Below are positions 1 to 14,400 of a stretch of 64,000 nt of DNA, one piece after another; the stretch's first letter is position 1; each line of letters opens with the position of its first letter. The notes beneath the pieces were generated by a model. The model was not told where the DNA came from. It made no database searches and worked only from the letters and a program-made list of their open reading frames with translations. Source of the stretch: Botryllus schlosseri (Eukaryota); NCBI GenBank assembly GCA_051294905.1, contig CM119371.1:8372001-8436000 (forward strand), given 5' to 3'. A program made the position numbers and the translations under genes.

Positions 1-2503
1 GCCAGCCGAAAGTGGAAACAGGATGCGAATTCGATGTCATGGAGCAGGATTCGGTGAAACTCTCCAGACTTTGGTAGATCGTGCGGTTCCGTTATATAAT
101 ATGAGTTTGTGTGAATCGTCTTTCGAGTAAATTGTGCCGTATAAATAGATATAATTTTATTATCGTATAGACTTGTCTCATTGTGCGTCGTTGATGTTGG
201 CGGCAATCGCGAAGAGACGAAATCCTGAGCCCAGGAATACAAACGCGTTCTCGTTACTGCTTCGTATATCGTAACGGGGACGCCAACGCAGCTTATTGTT
301 ACGGAACGATGCATCGCTATGACGAGGCTTATAGCAATAACACGTGATAAGCTATGGACGCTCAAATCGAATCAAACATTATGTTTTTAATTACGTTATT
401 GTCGACACTTCCGCGTCGACTGTAAAAATTGAGTAAGTTTGTTCAAATTTTATAAGACGGTAACACTATTAGCAAGCTCGTTTTTTTCAGGTGACATATG
501 AAGGCAGCTATGGTGGGAAGTATCTCGGTGGTCATTAATTAGGGGATTGCAGCCTTTTACGGTGAGAGGCAATTGACTTTAATCAATATTCTCACCTAGA
601 GAATATAGGGTTGAGATTTTGCAATCGGGATTTACCGGGATTAGCGAAATAGGAAAATGTTCATGCAAGCTACACAGTACACAAACAACATTTCTTCATT
701 GTAATATTGGCGCATGAAGTATCATTGTTTTTCCGGTTTCTGGTTTTGGTGGCAAAATATTCAAGAGATGACAATTAACGTATATCGTCAGCGATGTTGG
801 TTCATGATCCCTACCAACTGAAAATGATGCCTCTTAACATTACCAGCAATGGATCGATGCATCTGAGGTAGAGGCACCGAACGCACCGATGAGAAGATGT
901 CAGTGAGTGTCAAGCGGCATTCACCATACACGCGTAATTCAGCTCTCTTCACGATGGTATCATTGATCAATGATCATAATGATTCTCGAGTAAACCGTCA
1001 ATTTAATCCCTGCGTCCACGAATTCGGTCCACGCGACTTGGGTTTCAGGTCCATCATGGCAGGTAATAAACATATCGTGTGTATTCACACCCAAATGGTC
1101 GAAAAGAATTAAACAAGAAAACGGAATATAACTCAGAATTATATATTCCGGGCTCCTCTCCCCCCACCCCCGAAGATGTTAAAGCCCACTAAAAGACCCG
1201 ATGAAAAAGCGCAACCACAAAGAATGGAGAGAACAAGAAAGAGCCGCGGAATAGAGACTAACATCGAAAAAGGAACTGTGACATCGGGCACTAGAACGAG
1301 GTGGATGCCAGTTTAAGAGACCTCAACTGGTCGTTCGGCATCTTCTTATCTGTTCATTACATCGCACTGTGTCTTATTGCATTGTACATTGTGTGTTCAG
1401 ATTACAATATAATTTGACAATTACTATTGTTAAAAGAACTTGTTGGCAACTTTGATCAACCACAGACGTCCCATTGACTTAAATAGGTATTGAAGTACAT
1501 TACGTTAATAAATTCCTACTGTTTTGGTCCATATGCTTTAAACCTAAAGTTTACATTAAATACGACTTATTCCTTGAATAGGTGGATAAATACGCGAATA
1601 ATGTATCGATTCAGGAATGCGGCCCGCCAGCTGCCTAATTTCCCCATATCCGGTCCGCCGACTGGAGAAGTTGTCCCCCCCCCCGCCTCTCTTGGGCCAT
1701 ATGCACTGAACTCTAATTTTCGGGATCGATGACGTTACAAATCGGTGACGTCATAATACATCAGAATTGACAAAATATTCGACTCCGAGCGTTCAATAAG
1801 CGCTTGTATATGGTGACAGAATAACGATAACATAAAGCAGGTGCGGTGCCAGCTCGATGAGCAAGGTAGTATCAATTTTTTAGGTTCAATTACATGCCCC
1901 AATGCCGATAACACATTGATCGTATCAGCTTCGTCATGGTAACGAACTCGCACATATCATATATATCAGAGGTCTCAAACTCAAATGTGCTCGCGGGCCA
2001 GTTTAGAGATGGTTTAGGGATATTCAATGTATAATTTCCAAGTAGGCCTTATTTGATGGGAGCTTGCAGACAGGCATTCCACAAACATTGTGAAAAGGTA
2101 ATTAACCTTTGTACTATTCACGCTTGACACGTAATAAAATCACATTTTCAAATATTTGGATAAAAATGTTTTTGTGCCAAGCATAATTTGTTTAAATAAT
2201 GAGTTATAGACATCATGTAAGAGGATGCATCATGACATTGTCAAACTGTCAGGTTATAATATTGCAACTATTGGACCTTTGACGTGCCACAATTTTATGT
2301 AGAATATTTCAAAATGTACTGAAGATTGATCCGATGTCAGAGCATTTGAGCGGTGTAGCCTAATTCGGGTTTTGATATAGTCGTGATGAGTAGGCTATTG
2401 TTACTGTCACTGCCAAAGTCAAATTAAATCAGCGTTAGATTTTGCATTCGATTTAATGAAACATATCAATAACAACTTAAATATAATCATTATTGCGCCA
2501 TAG

Positions 2504-2756
2504 CATTGTTTCTTAACTTTAGCGATCGTACCCCTCGTGCTTCGAATAAGATTTATCGTAGCCCCTGTTCATTTTCAACAATTTCTGATCAGAAAGCTCA
2601 TACACATGAAATCGCGAAGTCCATTTGCCAATTGAAGAAATTGGCGAATATAATATTCCACAGCATATAGGCCAAATTCCGCAATGCATCTCCTACCCCC
2701 TGATGTGTTGCTTCGTACCCCGTAGGGGGACTACGGACCCTGGTTCAGAACCCCTG
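2504..2756. mobile_element. Degenerate short hAT MITE nested in 1967-4914
   Basis: Ends CATTGTTTCTTAAC ... GTTCAGAACCCCTG with repeated CGTACCCC motifs. No clean TSD. Confidence 0.5.
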
Positions 2757-3278
2757 AAATAGATATGTCCAATCGCCGATGAGTTCATTGGTGTTACAGG
2801 TGTGGAGGGTAACTACCTTACTCGTCACTGATAATAACATAGATAAAGAGGACAAACAACACCCAGCATGTAACCAACTATGCGTCAAGGTGGTCACATA
2901 ATGCCGATGGTTACCATACTTACCTGATCAAATAGCTATATACCCGACGCAACGCAAGCCACGATCTTTTGATATATTAGTATTCCCCATGACAGTTTCA
3001 TAGATTGTTGCGTCCGTAGGATTACCAAGTGACCGTTCCGAGTCGCAAGTCCTTCTCCGATCTTAACGTTTGACCCGACTCAACTCGAGTCATTTTTATG
3101 TAATCATACAGTCAAACCGAAATCGAGTAATTTTACGAAAGGTCGCACCAAACAAAATCACAATTTTCATTCACGAATTATCAACGGGTCATGTTTTATC
3201 ACCATGAACTAGAAATGTGACGTAATACCTGATCTTCTACCGCATGGTAGCTTTTAAAAGTGATGTGATAGTCTAGTT

Positions 3279-4741
3279 CAGCGGTTCTCAACTGGGGGTC
3301 CGCGGACCCCTAGGGGTCCGCGAAGCAATTTCAGGGGGTCCGCGAGACCTCTAAATTTTTAAAATGGTTGATAACCTAATTTTTATTTTATTTTTTAATT
3401 TGAGAAAGCATGAGGCAGTTTCGCACCACAACTGCTAAAACCTCATGACTCATATCATCATAATAATCGTCTGACATGGCTATCGTAGTGTGGAAACTCA
3501 TTTTCATTGCCAATTTTCCAATAACCTGCTGATACAAACATTTTGCTGTTTAGAGACGTTTTGTTGGGGTTTGTGGAAGAAAAATATGGAGATAGTAACG
3601 TCAGTCAGGGTGACTTCATAATGTCTGCGAAACCTCGATTTGAAACCTTCTCGACATCAAATTAGTGAACAGTCGTTTGAAATAAAAATTTACGAAGTAT
3701 TTCCCTAATTTTTCCCAATGCAGGGATTGAAACCTCGCCACGAAATCCATTTGATCCTGTGATACACATAACCACTATTTGAAGAGCTTCTTGGAGGTAC
3801 AGAAATTCAATATACAATTAAATAGTATATTCATATTGAAATGAACCTGAATATTTACGGCTGACACTCGCCATAAATCGGACAATGATATACCTACTCT
3901 TAAAGCTCGGATATCAGATTTGGCGCATTCTTATTGCGAATGCCCTATCGACAAGGCTGGTTTTTTGATGAACAAGGAGTGTTTCGTTGCTGTCAAAGCA
4001 TTACGCTCCAACCCTGAAATTCATATCACCAGTTATATTGGTATGCAGCCTTGTCGTGTTAATGTTGAATTGTTCATGGTCCAAAATGTTTGCTCGAACA
4101 GAACAAGTCGTTTCACGACAGTCATTCTCAGGTTGGAAAACTTGGATCCATTCTTTGGCGCATAAAATTTGTCTATATACTTTTAGATTAGGATTTCACT
4201 TTGACGGTAGAAACTCTCTGCGGGCCGATCAAAATGCCGTCGCGGGCTCAATCCGGCCCGCGGTGCGTATGTTGCCAGTCCCTGCGCTAGATGCTGGGCG
4301 TGATGTGTTCATAAAATATATGTTTCTTCATTTTGGTGCCATAAATGTTGCGATCACACCAAAAGTATCGTCGGAACGTTATGCGTCAATATTGCATTAG
4401 CCTCCATCTATCTTTGCGGAAATGGTTTTCGGCACTCCTCGTTCATATCAAAACGAAGACGTGGATTTTAAAGACACGACCACGTACTTCAAGAAATACA
4501 GCAGCAAAATTAGCTTTGAAATATTGAAAGTCTACCAATTTATACATAAATAGTATATGATGTTATTTTCAAGAAAAACCAATATTTTGCTGTTTATCAC
4601 AAGCCTACATTTCATATTTGCACAAAACAGATGAAGGTTGCACCATAATAGAGCTAAAATTGAACTAAAACTTGAGGGGGTCCGCGAGGGTCCGTGACGG
4701 TCAAAAGGGGTCCGCGAGGCTAAAAAGGTTGAGAACCACTG
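3279..4741. mobile_element. hAT (Charlie-type) MITE nested in 1967-4914
   Basis: TIR CAGCGGTTCTCAAC / GTTGAGAACCACTG. Perfect 8-bp TSD GTCTAGTT (3271-3278, 4742-4749). GGGGTCCGCG subterminal repeats. It also contains the right part of another MITE, ending GTTGCCAGTCCCTG at 4284, that is similar to 54450-54540. Confidence 0.92.
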
Positions 4742-4922
4742 GTCTAGTTAGTCGAGATTTCAGTGATTTTTATGGTAGTTTTAGGGTGAACTATAAGTTT
4801 TTATATCTAAAAAAGATATGTGGCACTCGAATTTATCGTCGAATACCTGTAATTCCGAAATGTCGTCGCGGGCCGCAGAAAATGTTCTCGCGGGCCGCGT
4901 GTTTGAGACCTCTGATATATAT

Positions 4923-5497
4923 TAGGGCTGTTTAGATTTAGACATTTTTTTGCAAACTTGTTTTGCAAAGTTCCAAATGATAGTTTAGTACATAAAAATA
5001 CTTTTGCAAGCGAATTTGGTCATTTTCATCGCGATCTTACTTGCCCGCAAAGCCCCCAAAGACCCACGGGTAAATTCTCCTTACTACTGACGATTCACCA
5101 GAGTGTTTACGTCATATCTTTTCTGTAGTGTTGACCGTGTCACTGGTTCGCAGCTTTTGTGAAGTTATCAGTTAAAACGGCTGTGCAGGGATGGGAAATA
5201 TATTTGTTTTTATAACTGTACTAAAATGCAGTCCTGTAAATGCCAGATGTATCTTCGTTTTACCATGCACAACCAGTCTAGCGTGTTCATGGGAAACATG
5301 TATTGCTTGCACGTTTGTCATGAATCGTATACCGAAGAAGCACAATCGTGTTGTGAGTCGAGAACAGATGTGCAGATATTTTCAGCTGGTGTTAAGCTAG
5401 GAAATGTTACTGAAAGGCAGTGGCGTAGCAGCCACTTGGCGGTTCTGGCTCTGCGCCAGGGGCGGCAGGCTCCAAGGGGGCGGCAAAATGAGGCTGC

Positions 5498-5528
<31 letters not shown>

Positions 5529-7451
5529 TGGTATTCTTTTTCGCCTGCACCATCGAGATGCTTTGACGACGGATATACGGATTTTATAGTAAGGTCATCC
5601 AGTCTGCACCCGTTTTTTCTTCTCCTCCGTGATTGCTGAGCGCCTAGCGGGATAACCGCGGATACCAGTTTTTGAGTCTTTTGGTCTGACTCCGCCGAGG
5701 ATCGAACCCACGACATACCGATCAAGAAGCCGGATGCATTACACTATCTCGCTCGGCACAGTGTACACAGCCGGCTAAAAGAAGCGTAATTGGTAGTCCC
5801 ATAGCTGGCGTCCCGTGAGCTAAACTTTAATCAAACGGGTCTCAATCGAAAGCTTTATGTCGCGCTGATTCCGAAAACACGAATTAATATGTTGACATGG
5901 CAATGGAACCACTCCGAAATAGCCGTCAAGGCCGATTGTTCGAAGAGTTCGCAGAAAAAGAATGCCTGGCCAACAATCAGAAGATGCTGGCCTCAGTGTT
6001 GTTGAAGAAGTTAGACGATGCATGTTTCAAAGCTCTTGGACAGATTTAAACTTGAAGCTGGAACTAGGTTTACCATCATACACAACTTTGAGATGATATG
6101 TTTGGATTTTCGAATTCGCACGCGCTGCTGCAAAGCGAAGTCACAATTTATTCACCAGCGCTTATAGAAGCACTTATGACGACGAGGTGGACTTTTTGGA
6201 GTTAGCTGCGAAAATTGTCATGCCTTATACCTTCGAATTAGGGATGTTTCGACGCGACGCTCCGATCGTAATAAGTGTCGATTTACCTTATTGCGTATCG
6301 TTTTCGTGTTCTTCTCAATCCAACCAAATGAATCCAGTCGAATAATAATGTAGACTTGAGATTCCGTTGTTACAAATACAAAATGCTCATTGCTCATGCA
6401 AGCGAGATTTGCAACAGTGCTCGTTCGTCCGTTACTCGATGGAATGGAGAATGATGCAACGGCAACTAAGAAAATATAAAGGCAAGCGAATAGGAAAGTA
6501 GAACAGTAATAATCAAATAATCAGGATTAAAATCAGACGATTAGAATGATTAGAAAAGCGAGATAGAAAAAACGGACAGTTGAATTGGAAACTAATTCTT
6601 CTAAAAACATCAAATTGAGAACAAATAAAATATGCGAAATCACAAACAAGGGATCATGTAAATCAGAAGATTGCTAGCTTTTCGTACACACCAATATGAG
6701 GCCTCTAGGACGTACACAATTTATGCTTACTTAATTCTCATTCTTTATTGTTATTGACCTCCGTTTTATTTTTCACAGTTGTCTCACGTCACGTAAATGG
6801 TTGGCCTACTATGTGCGGATTTGTGTTTTGTCATATTCTGCTTTTCAAGTTTGATAATGCAAATTTCCGTACAATAAGTTCATCAAGTTTCAGAAACATA
6901 GTCTGTGCCAGATATTTGTTTTTTATGTGAAGTCAGTTGTGAGAACATAACCTATTGGGTGACGACAATGAGTAATATGTATTGATATTATTGTTTCTGT
7001 TTCCGTAGGAACACCATGGACGTTTTCTGACAGAATGACATTGGTAGTTGAGGATCAGGTAACCCATTTTGGCGCTATGGCTTGACTGTCATGATCTTTT
7101 GAGAAGAAGCCTAGTATCGTGAACTTGAACCTAGGTATTATGGCCGTATTCGCTATGACAACGTCTTGAACAGAACTGTATAGGACGGTCAAAAAGATAT
7201 TTCAACGTGATATTTCCCACCTCTACTCAGCCGTTTTCTACCGCAAACTTCACAAAAGCTACAGACCGGCAGTGGTGAATCGTCAGTAGTAAGGACAATT
7301 GGCCCATGGATCTTTGGGACTTTGCGGGCAAGGAATATCGTGATGAAAATGACCAAACTCGCTTATAGAAGTGTTTCTATGTACTAAACTATCATTTGGA
7401 ACTATACGCAAAACAAGTTTCTAAAAAAATGCCGAAATCTGAACAACCCTA
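4923..7451. mobile_element. DNA transposon with ~180-bp imperfect TIRs (TAGGG...CCCTA, probably hAT)
   Basis: 4923-5100 is the reverse complement of 7273-7451. Flanks ATATATAT / ATATATAG match 7 of 8. Confidence 0.8.
5503..5757 (-). mobile_element. tRNA-derived SINE with (TC)n tail
   Basis: On the minus strand: degenerate A box, B box GGTTCGATCC (5699-5708), then GTCAGACCAAAAGACTCAAAAACTGGTATCCGCGGTTATCCCGCTAGGCGCTCAGCA, which resembles the conserved central domain of MetaSINE-type elements. The 3' tail is the (GA)n tract at 5503-5528. Confidence 0.75.
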
Positions 7452-7952
7452 ATATATAGCCTATATAATTGACATCTCACGTTTACATAAGATTATTAGC
7501 GAGTCCGATCGTGCAGTCAGTTAGCGAGCTCGCAATCTCCCGCCAATACGCAATATATTCGCCAACAGCCAACACGCACGCCGACAATCGGGAGATTTCA
7601 ATCACTCCGTCTCGAGAACAAACGAATACGGATTTTCGCATATGCCAATTGTTCAGTAGTGACACTGATTTAAGAGGAGTCAGAACTATCGATATCAAGG
7701 GCCTGCAACACATCTTCTGAGTTCTGTTCGCTGTGTTTTAGTATTGGGGCGGGGCCTGCGTTATCGTGGGCCCCGATTGGCGCAAATCAAAATCAAGTAC
7801 GCCGCTTGATTCTGTTCACAGCCAGTATGTATTTGAATCAATTCCGTCCTAGTTCAGTGTCTTGAGCCAGTATGACATCACAATCACAGCGGATGCGATA
7901 GTTCCGGTCGGCCCGCCGGATATCACATTTCTACACAGCAGGAGATGGAAAT

Positions 7953-8440
7953 CAGTGTTGGGATCAAGTCACCACCTTCTAGTCACAAGTCATTTCGAGT
8001 CATTGCACAATTTGACTCGAGTCAATCGATTTTCGAAAGAGACTCAGGTCAAGTAAAGTTGCCTTTTCGATGTACGAGGCATCAATTCGTCCTTTCATTT
8101 TGCTAGCTGTTTGAAATATAATGATGGAGTGGTCATTCATTTTGAATCGAGGAACGAATATACAGTTGCATCCTATATGCAAAAGTGCGTTGTATCACTC
8201 ATACACACTACATTCGAAGTCTAGTTAATTTTCGTACATCATGTTTGGTCACGGTGAGAACAGTACATAATGAGCAGTGTATAAAGAACAGAGATACATA
8301 TTTTGCTATTAGATTATCTTACAACTAGGTTACGACAACGCAAGCTGTTGGCTCCGATCACCTCGTTTGCGGTCAATATATTTATGATGTAACAGTGGAA
8401 GCTCAGCAAAACCCACTGTCATTGAATCATTGGTCGCTCT
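7953..8440. mobile_element. Truncated copy of the GACTCGAGTC-rich MITE family (cf. 17452-18450)
   Basis: Starts CAGTGTTGGGATCAAGTCAC as at 17452, and the internal sequence is similar to 17660-18200. Confidence 0.7.
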
Positions 8441-10042
8441 CAACTAGGGCTGTGGAGTCGGAGTTTCGTTCGTTTTACCTTGATGGATTCGGAGTTTGTG
8501 AAATGCTTCATTGGCGCGCGTGCTTCTTGGTCCGCGTCTCGGTATAGATAGCCTTGACACGTCAGCGTGAGTCTTTATTAAAAGCAACTTAGTGCAACGG
8601 CGATGCTCCTAGGACGGTGGCTAAAAGATCGACTGGTAACATTGGTTCGCAACAGCAAGAAATAGCATCATGATCAATGATCAACGAGAGTAATCAGGGT
8701 AGTTAGGGAGCGGTGCGCTACGAGGTGAACGGTTTCTCCTATAAATCAAATATATGGAAGACAGATATCAAGATAGTTGGATGCTCATATTATGACTGAT
8801 TACTGCCAGCTATACCTATTGTGAATCTGTTCCCATTGAAATCGAGCAAGAGGACTTTCATGCAGATGACTTCGAGCTAGTTTGAGTAAATAACAGGATT
8901 TGCTTGTAAGAACTTCAGTAATGCACATCCCGATATCGATTTATTTCTACGAGAAGATTTAAATACTCTTTGGTATACAAAAATATTGCTTGCTTGTTTA
9001 TTTCGTCAGTGTTTACAAATTGTCGTCTTTTTGTAGGCTCAGTCATAGTTGGTTTGTTATTACCGAATTAATGCTATTAGTTGTTCACTTCAAGCACATT
9101 TATCGGTATAGAAAGCTTATTGTCACAAATTACAATATAATAGGGGAATCCGATGAAAATACGAATAGATTGTGTTCGATATGTGGAAAATAATAGATTT
9201 ATGCAGCACAGTTTCGTGTTGCCGATCTAATTGTGTTTTACATTTCTCACATTCTCATGGGTTCAGTACAGAGGGGCATACTAAAATATTTAATACAGGC
9301 TGTTAGGATAAAATACAACCTAGTTTAAATAAAATATAAAATAAAAACGTCCGAATTCGGTGATATCTTGAAAAATGGAGCCAATCTGCAGAAACAAATG
9401 CCATTTCCGAGCTCAGCGCCCCCGATTTATCTTAAATTCGTTCTCACTTACCATGATGAAATTTTTTGTTGGTTATTGTAATGGATAACGCATATTTGAA
9501 TCATCACCTCAACAGTTCTCAGTGTGTTGGGGTTCTCGAAATCGGTGACAACGACGAACTGGAAGTGGTCCCGATTGCTGGGTGAAATGGCGATAGAACC
9601 CATGGAGGCAATCCCATGTAGCCGCATTTTACCTACAGTAGTAGCACGAGTTAACCTCACTCATAACGATGATGCAAGATGCATTATACGGAGTAAAAAC
9701 TCACCTTAACCTTACCTTAAGGAGCATTTCAGTAAAATTGCGTGTGCTCCACCATCATTATAATTGATACCAAAACGCCGCGCGGTGGTCAACGTATGTC
9801 CGAATGAAATAAATATCTAATGAGAGAGAATAAATAAACAGTTCTTCTCGTTTTGCCGTGTCGTGTAGGGTTGCTGGACTGATCCAGTGGTATTCGTGTG
9901 CCGGTGAACGCAAAATTAGTAGGAGGAGAGTTAGTAGACATGCTGCAGACGTCCTACACCTTGTTCACCACACCACACCAGTTCTCTAAGCGATTGTATA
10001 CGGACATCCGGACATTGAACTTCGGTAATGCACATACTATGA

Positions 10043-10978
10043 CTGTGGTCGGGAACCTTTTTCGTCTGAAGAGCCATATTGACCCTATTTTTTCCATCTC
10101 AACTCCCAAGGAGTTGCCTGCCTTCCTATCAATTGTTACGCCACAATTGAAAATTCATGACGTCATGGCTGCTCTAATTCGATCTTACTACATGAGATTT
10201 CTCGTGTGCGCCATATTTTCTCTGTGAAATCTGGTATTTATTGTTCGGAAATAAAGGTCGAAACGAGAGGTATAGAACAGACGGGCCAAGCCTCACCCTT
10301 GCTAACGCAATTGATCAGTGGCTTAGAATTTATTATAACAGATATTAATCGAATGTGACTGTCACAGTACACTGATTACGAAGATCGAAATACAGATCGA
10401 CATCTCAAAGTATTCGGCGGTTACATAAAGTTGAGCTACGCGCCTGTATTTTATCGCCAGTACCACACAGAGCAATAGCCTACTTACCGATCAAGAACGT
10501 GCTGGATCGCTATGACGTTGTTGATAATTCGAGTTTGTATTTGTCACATTCACAACAGTTCATTTCGCGACGTAGGCTAGATCAGGAAGACAATGCATAT
10601 TTGAAAACTGCGTTTTGAAATGGGCGGTGCCGTGTCTGCTATGCTCTTTGATTATTCAACGTATCGCACAATTCAAGATTTCGAGTCTGATACATAGAAT
10701 TCGTGAGTGATATTGGCCGCCGGCGAGCAATAAGTTAAATTCTATGATTTTTAAAAGAGAGGGTCCGAGCCGCTTAACCTGATGACGACATTGTCTTTAC
10801 CTGTCAAAGACATGTTTATACTGCCACGAGAATAATTATTTTGGACGTGATGGAAATTTACCAACAAGTCGTTGCTATATTGATCAATTCAATACAAAAA
10901 TAAATATTTGGCAAAGAGCCATATCTTATACCCAAAAGAGCCATATATGGCCCGTGAGCCATAGGTTCCCAACCACTG
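10043..10978. mobile_element. hAT (Charlie-type) MITE
   Basis: TIR CTGTGGTCGGGAACC / GGTTCCCAACCACTG. Perfect 8-bp TSD TACTATGA. GAGCCATA subterminal motifs. Confidence 0.9.
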
Positions 10979-13390
10979 TACTATGAAGACTGTTTATCGA
11001 TGAATCGTAGCCTACGTTCGACGCATGCCTAGTCCAGATTCAAAATAAAGTCGACGTATCATAGTATATGTGAAACGATTAGAGTCGCAAGCTATTGTTT
11101 CCTTATTATAGCGAAAACCTGTTTGTTGTAATCGTGTTGTTACAAATCACGAGGACTGTTCCAAAAATTGTTTTGTGGTGCGTTCCCAAGTCCCTAAGAT
11201 GTGAAACAAGCTGATCAATGGACAATGGACATGTATAGCAGTCGTCATCACTGGTAAACGATGAACGGGCGTGTAAAAAAAGAGATATTACGGCTGAAGG
11301 CCAACATTTCAAGACAATCTTGTGCACTAAAAATTTGATTTCCGTGTAGTATAATCGGAGTCGGCATAATGATTGCAAGAAGTCGAATTGCGGATGTCAG
11401 GCTTTCGAAGCTAGCAAAACAACAATGCTATAGATTTTATTATGCTACACGTTGCTCGGGATGTAGCGACCAAGATTTGTAATATCCCAAATACATTTTA
11501 GTGTGCCGTGTCCGGGGTATATGGAGAATAAAAGAATTTAAACCATTGTTTTGAAATAGGCTGGATAAATATTGTTTTTTTTGTGAATTCACTCTCACCC
11601 CCTCATTACCGAATAGTCACGCATCCAATCAACAGCTTGTGGTAATATTGTAGTTCAGTGCCTTCAATTCGGAAATTATTACGAAATTAGAAAATGTGGG
11701 AATATAGTTTGAACTTTGACTAGCCCGTCAACGTATTGTCTTGTCTGCTTCTCATTTGACCCGTTTGCACCCCATGGTCTATTTTGATCTGGACTGGACT
11801 AAGGAAGCTATACACTGTACGGATTTATACGCGGTATCACACTGGACATTACCACTTGTCTGGCTTACAGCGGAAAATATTTATTTAAATGCAAAATAGT
11901 AATACCAGTAGTACAACAATACCAACAATACACTGAAATACTATATTCCAGCTCCAGCGTTGTGACACGCGACCGGGTCTTTACGACCTCGAAGGGGCGG
12001 TAACTACAATTTTGGCGATTGGGGCGGTGGGGAAGACGGGAGAGTAAACGTGGGCGGTATGGACTATCGAAAACTGTCTGGGAACATCAGTAAATAAATG
12101 GCTCTCTCTGTGCTCCACAGTCAGATTTATGAATATGTGGTCACGTCATTCGTGGTCGGACAAGTTGCATTCAATCTAAAATCGTTACCAAGGCTCTCCG
12201 CAGTTGTTCATTGTTTTGCAACATTGGGTTTTGTAACCAACCCGACAATCATTCACACAACGAATATACAATTGCTTTTTAACCTTTTTGAGCTCCATTC
12301 GAACTTTTTTTGTAAAATTAATTTCATTCGCACAAAGTAACCGAAAATTGTTTTACAAAAAGAAGATAAAGATACTTAACAACATTTTGTTCAGATGTGC
12401 AGTAAATTGGCTACCATGTGGCTTAAGCTATCAAGTGTATCAGTAAAAAGGCAATTTTCCGCTCCTTTTTATTTCTACTCTGATTGCAAGAACGGGACTA
12501 TTCGGCGCCGACAACGGAGCACATACATATCGAAAGGTTTTGCCTTCCAGCATCGGTCATTTTTGTGCCAAGGTTTTGTCGTCGCTCATGTTTGTGGGAC
12601 CTCATTTTATCAGTGGTTTGTTGGCCAAAACTTTACGCCCGGCGCAGAAGTGGTTGGCCTCGAAATGAATGAGTCTCGTAGGCCTGAACTCGCTCATCGC
12701 TCACCCCTACACTAGTTCGTCCCAACGGTCTTCGACCATGTTTTCCAGAAAAACCAGCCGGATAAATCTTATCATGAATTCTCATGATAAAGCCATATTT
12801 TCCTCGTGTCTCGCTTGTTGGCTACAGTACCCAACACAGTGACCTTGGATATGTAAAAACTATCGCTTGATATTTTGCAATATATTCAACAAATATTACA
12901 AACATATTAACACATATAGCTCTGGCACCGTGTCGACCCAAAATTTTACCCTTTGCGGTCCATACTTTAATAAACCATGAAGGGGTAAAAATTTGCGTTA
13001 CAATAACTTGCAAATGTAAGTTTGTAATGATGGTATTTACAAGACTAATATCCTCGCGCCTCGCGCTAATCGAACAGTTATTACGAAAATGTGATGATTG
13101 GTTAGCGAAAAAAGCAGAAAGTCAATTGGACGTCATTTTTCCAGCCTGTTGCAGGCTGATACTGGCTGATATCCTGTATGTCTGCCACTACACCAGCTTT
13201 CAAACCAGGCTTTTCGTTACGTAATAATTATAGTGCGAAAATAATAATTCACTACGGCTTGTGAGAGCTTGTGGTGCGTCGCAAGTTTAACAAGTTTTTA
13301 CAATTGCGTCTCAACCACAACAGTTACACTGCCCTTGAATTTCCTATTAGGTTTATTTGAATTATACCACGTCAGAAAAATTAACAATTA

Positions 13391-14400
13391 CACTGGGCAA
13401 CAATTTTGAACGAAAAATTTGTTGACTTTGATTTTGCACTTAAGGCTAATTATGGTATGCTGATTCAACAATTGCCGCTAGTTTTCCTCTATAACGTCAA
13501 GTTGTTGCTCTACGACAAATGGTCAAAATATGAAAATTTTCACGAATTTAGCCATATTACTTTTCTATACCATATAGAAATCCACACTTTCATCATATAA
13601 TAAATTGTAGAGCCAAGGGGTAATTTTAAATATTAGAACAAAAGGTACTGGTATCTATCTATTGGCCGATGCTTTCACCCATTTTTGGGTAAATGATGCA
13701 ATCATCCGAGGATATTTCAGACACATATTTGATGCAAAGTGCAGGTTATGGCAAAACGAATAAACATTACATTTACTATCAACTATAGGTCCAACGCCTT
13801 ATTCAGCTTATCCAGTGCAACTTGGAACCCCTATAAGCTCGATAATTTGGATCAAGATGAAGATCTTAGGGATGACAGGCCTAATGATGGAGATTTTGAA
13901 ATCGAAGATGATTCAGAACGTAGCGTAGTCCATCAACAAAAGCTAAATGAACTGACACAGGCTTTGGGACTTGGAAGAGAAATATTAGGATATTTTAGTA
14001 TCCTTGCGAATTGAGAAAAGATTCTTGCCAACAGAGCGAATATATACCTCTTTCGATCATGAGAAACGGCGTTTTCATCGTAGGGCAACTTTCGGTAGAT
14101 TTGTGTATTGCCGTGATACTGGCATTTGCATGATATTGTAACCATGGGTTGCTGGAGGAGGAAGGAATCCCGATTTACAACTCGAGCCAACCGATTTACA
14201 ACTCGATTACAACCCAATTTACAACTCGAGACAAAATATCTAAATAATTTCCCGGAAGACCTTGGCATAGTCGGCGAGAGGCAAGGAGAAAGCATCCCCC
14301 AATATCTGAAGGTGATGGCGGTAAGATACCAGGGTAGATTGGAGCTTACATATGTTAGCTGACTATTGCTCGGGTATCAAACCAGACAACCCACTGAATA
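13391..14400 (+). mobile_element. Decayed Chapaev3-type (CMC superfamily) transposon, left end plus transposase relic
   Basis: TTA followed by terminus CACTGGGCAACAA. Peptide relics QQKLNELTQALGLGRE and FPEDLGIVGERQGESIPQYLKVMAVRYQGR...DYC correspond to the ENLGAVSDEQGERFHQD...RYQG...ADYCW motif. Right end not located. Confidence 0.75.

Larger units (their letters stand above)
1967..4914. mobile_element. Non-autonomous hAT (Charlie-type) element carrying nested insertions
   Basis: Perfect 14-bp TIR CAGAGGTCTCAAAC / GTTTGAGACCTCTG. 8-bp TSD ATATATAT at 1959-1966 and 4915-4922. Subterminal CGCGGGCC motifs. Confidence 0.9.

Noticed and set aside
1..540. Exon-like segments (1-73, 171-330, and TTTTTTTCAG|GTGACATATG...TAA at 491-538)
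   Set aside because: Splice-like signals are present, but the middle segment has stops in all frames and no recognisable protein. It cannot be judged without upstream sequence.
788..1060. Possible RTE-type LINE relic on the minus strand (IKLTVY, LRVYGEC)
   Set aside because: The motif match is too weak to annotate.
5690..5757. tRNA gene
   Set aside because: There is no complete cloverleaf, and it continues into a SINE body and tail.
5900..6420. Possible hAT transposase C-terminal relic; a similar hint at 37750-39100
   Set aside because: Only scattered residues are recognisable, with no continuous frame.
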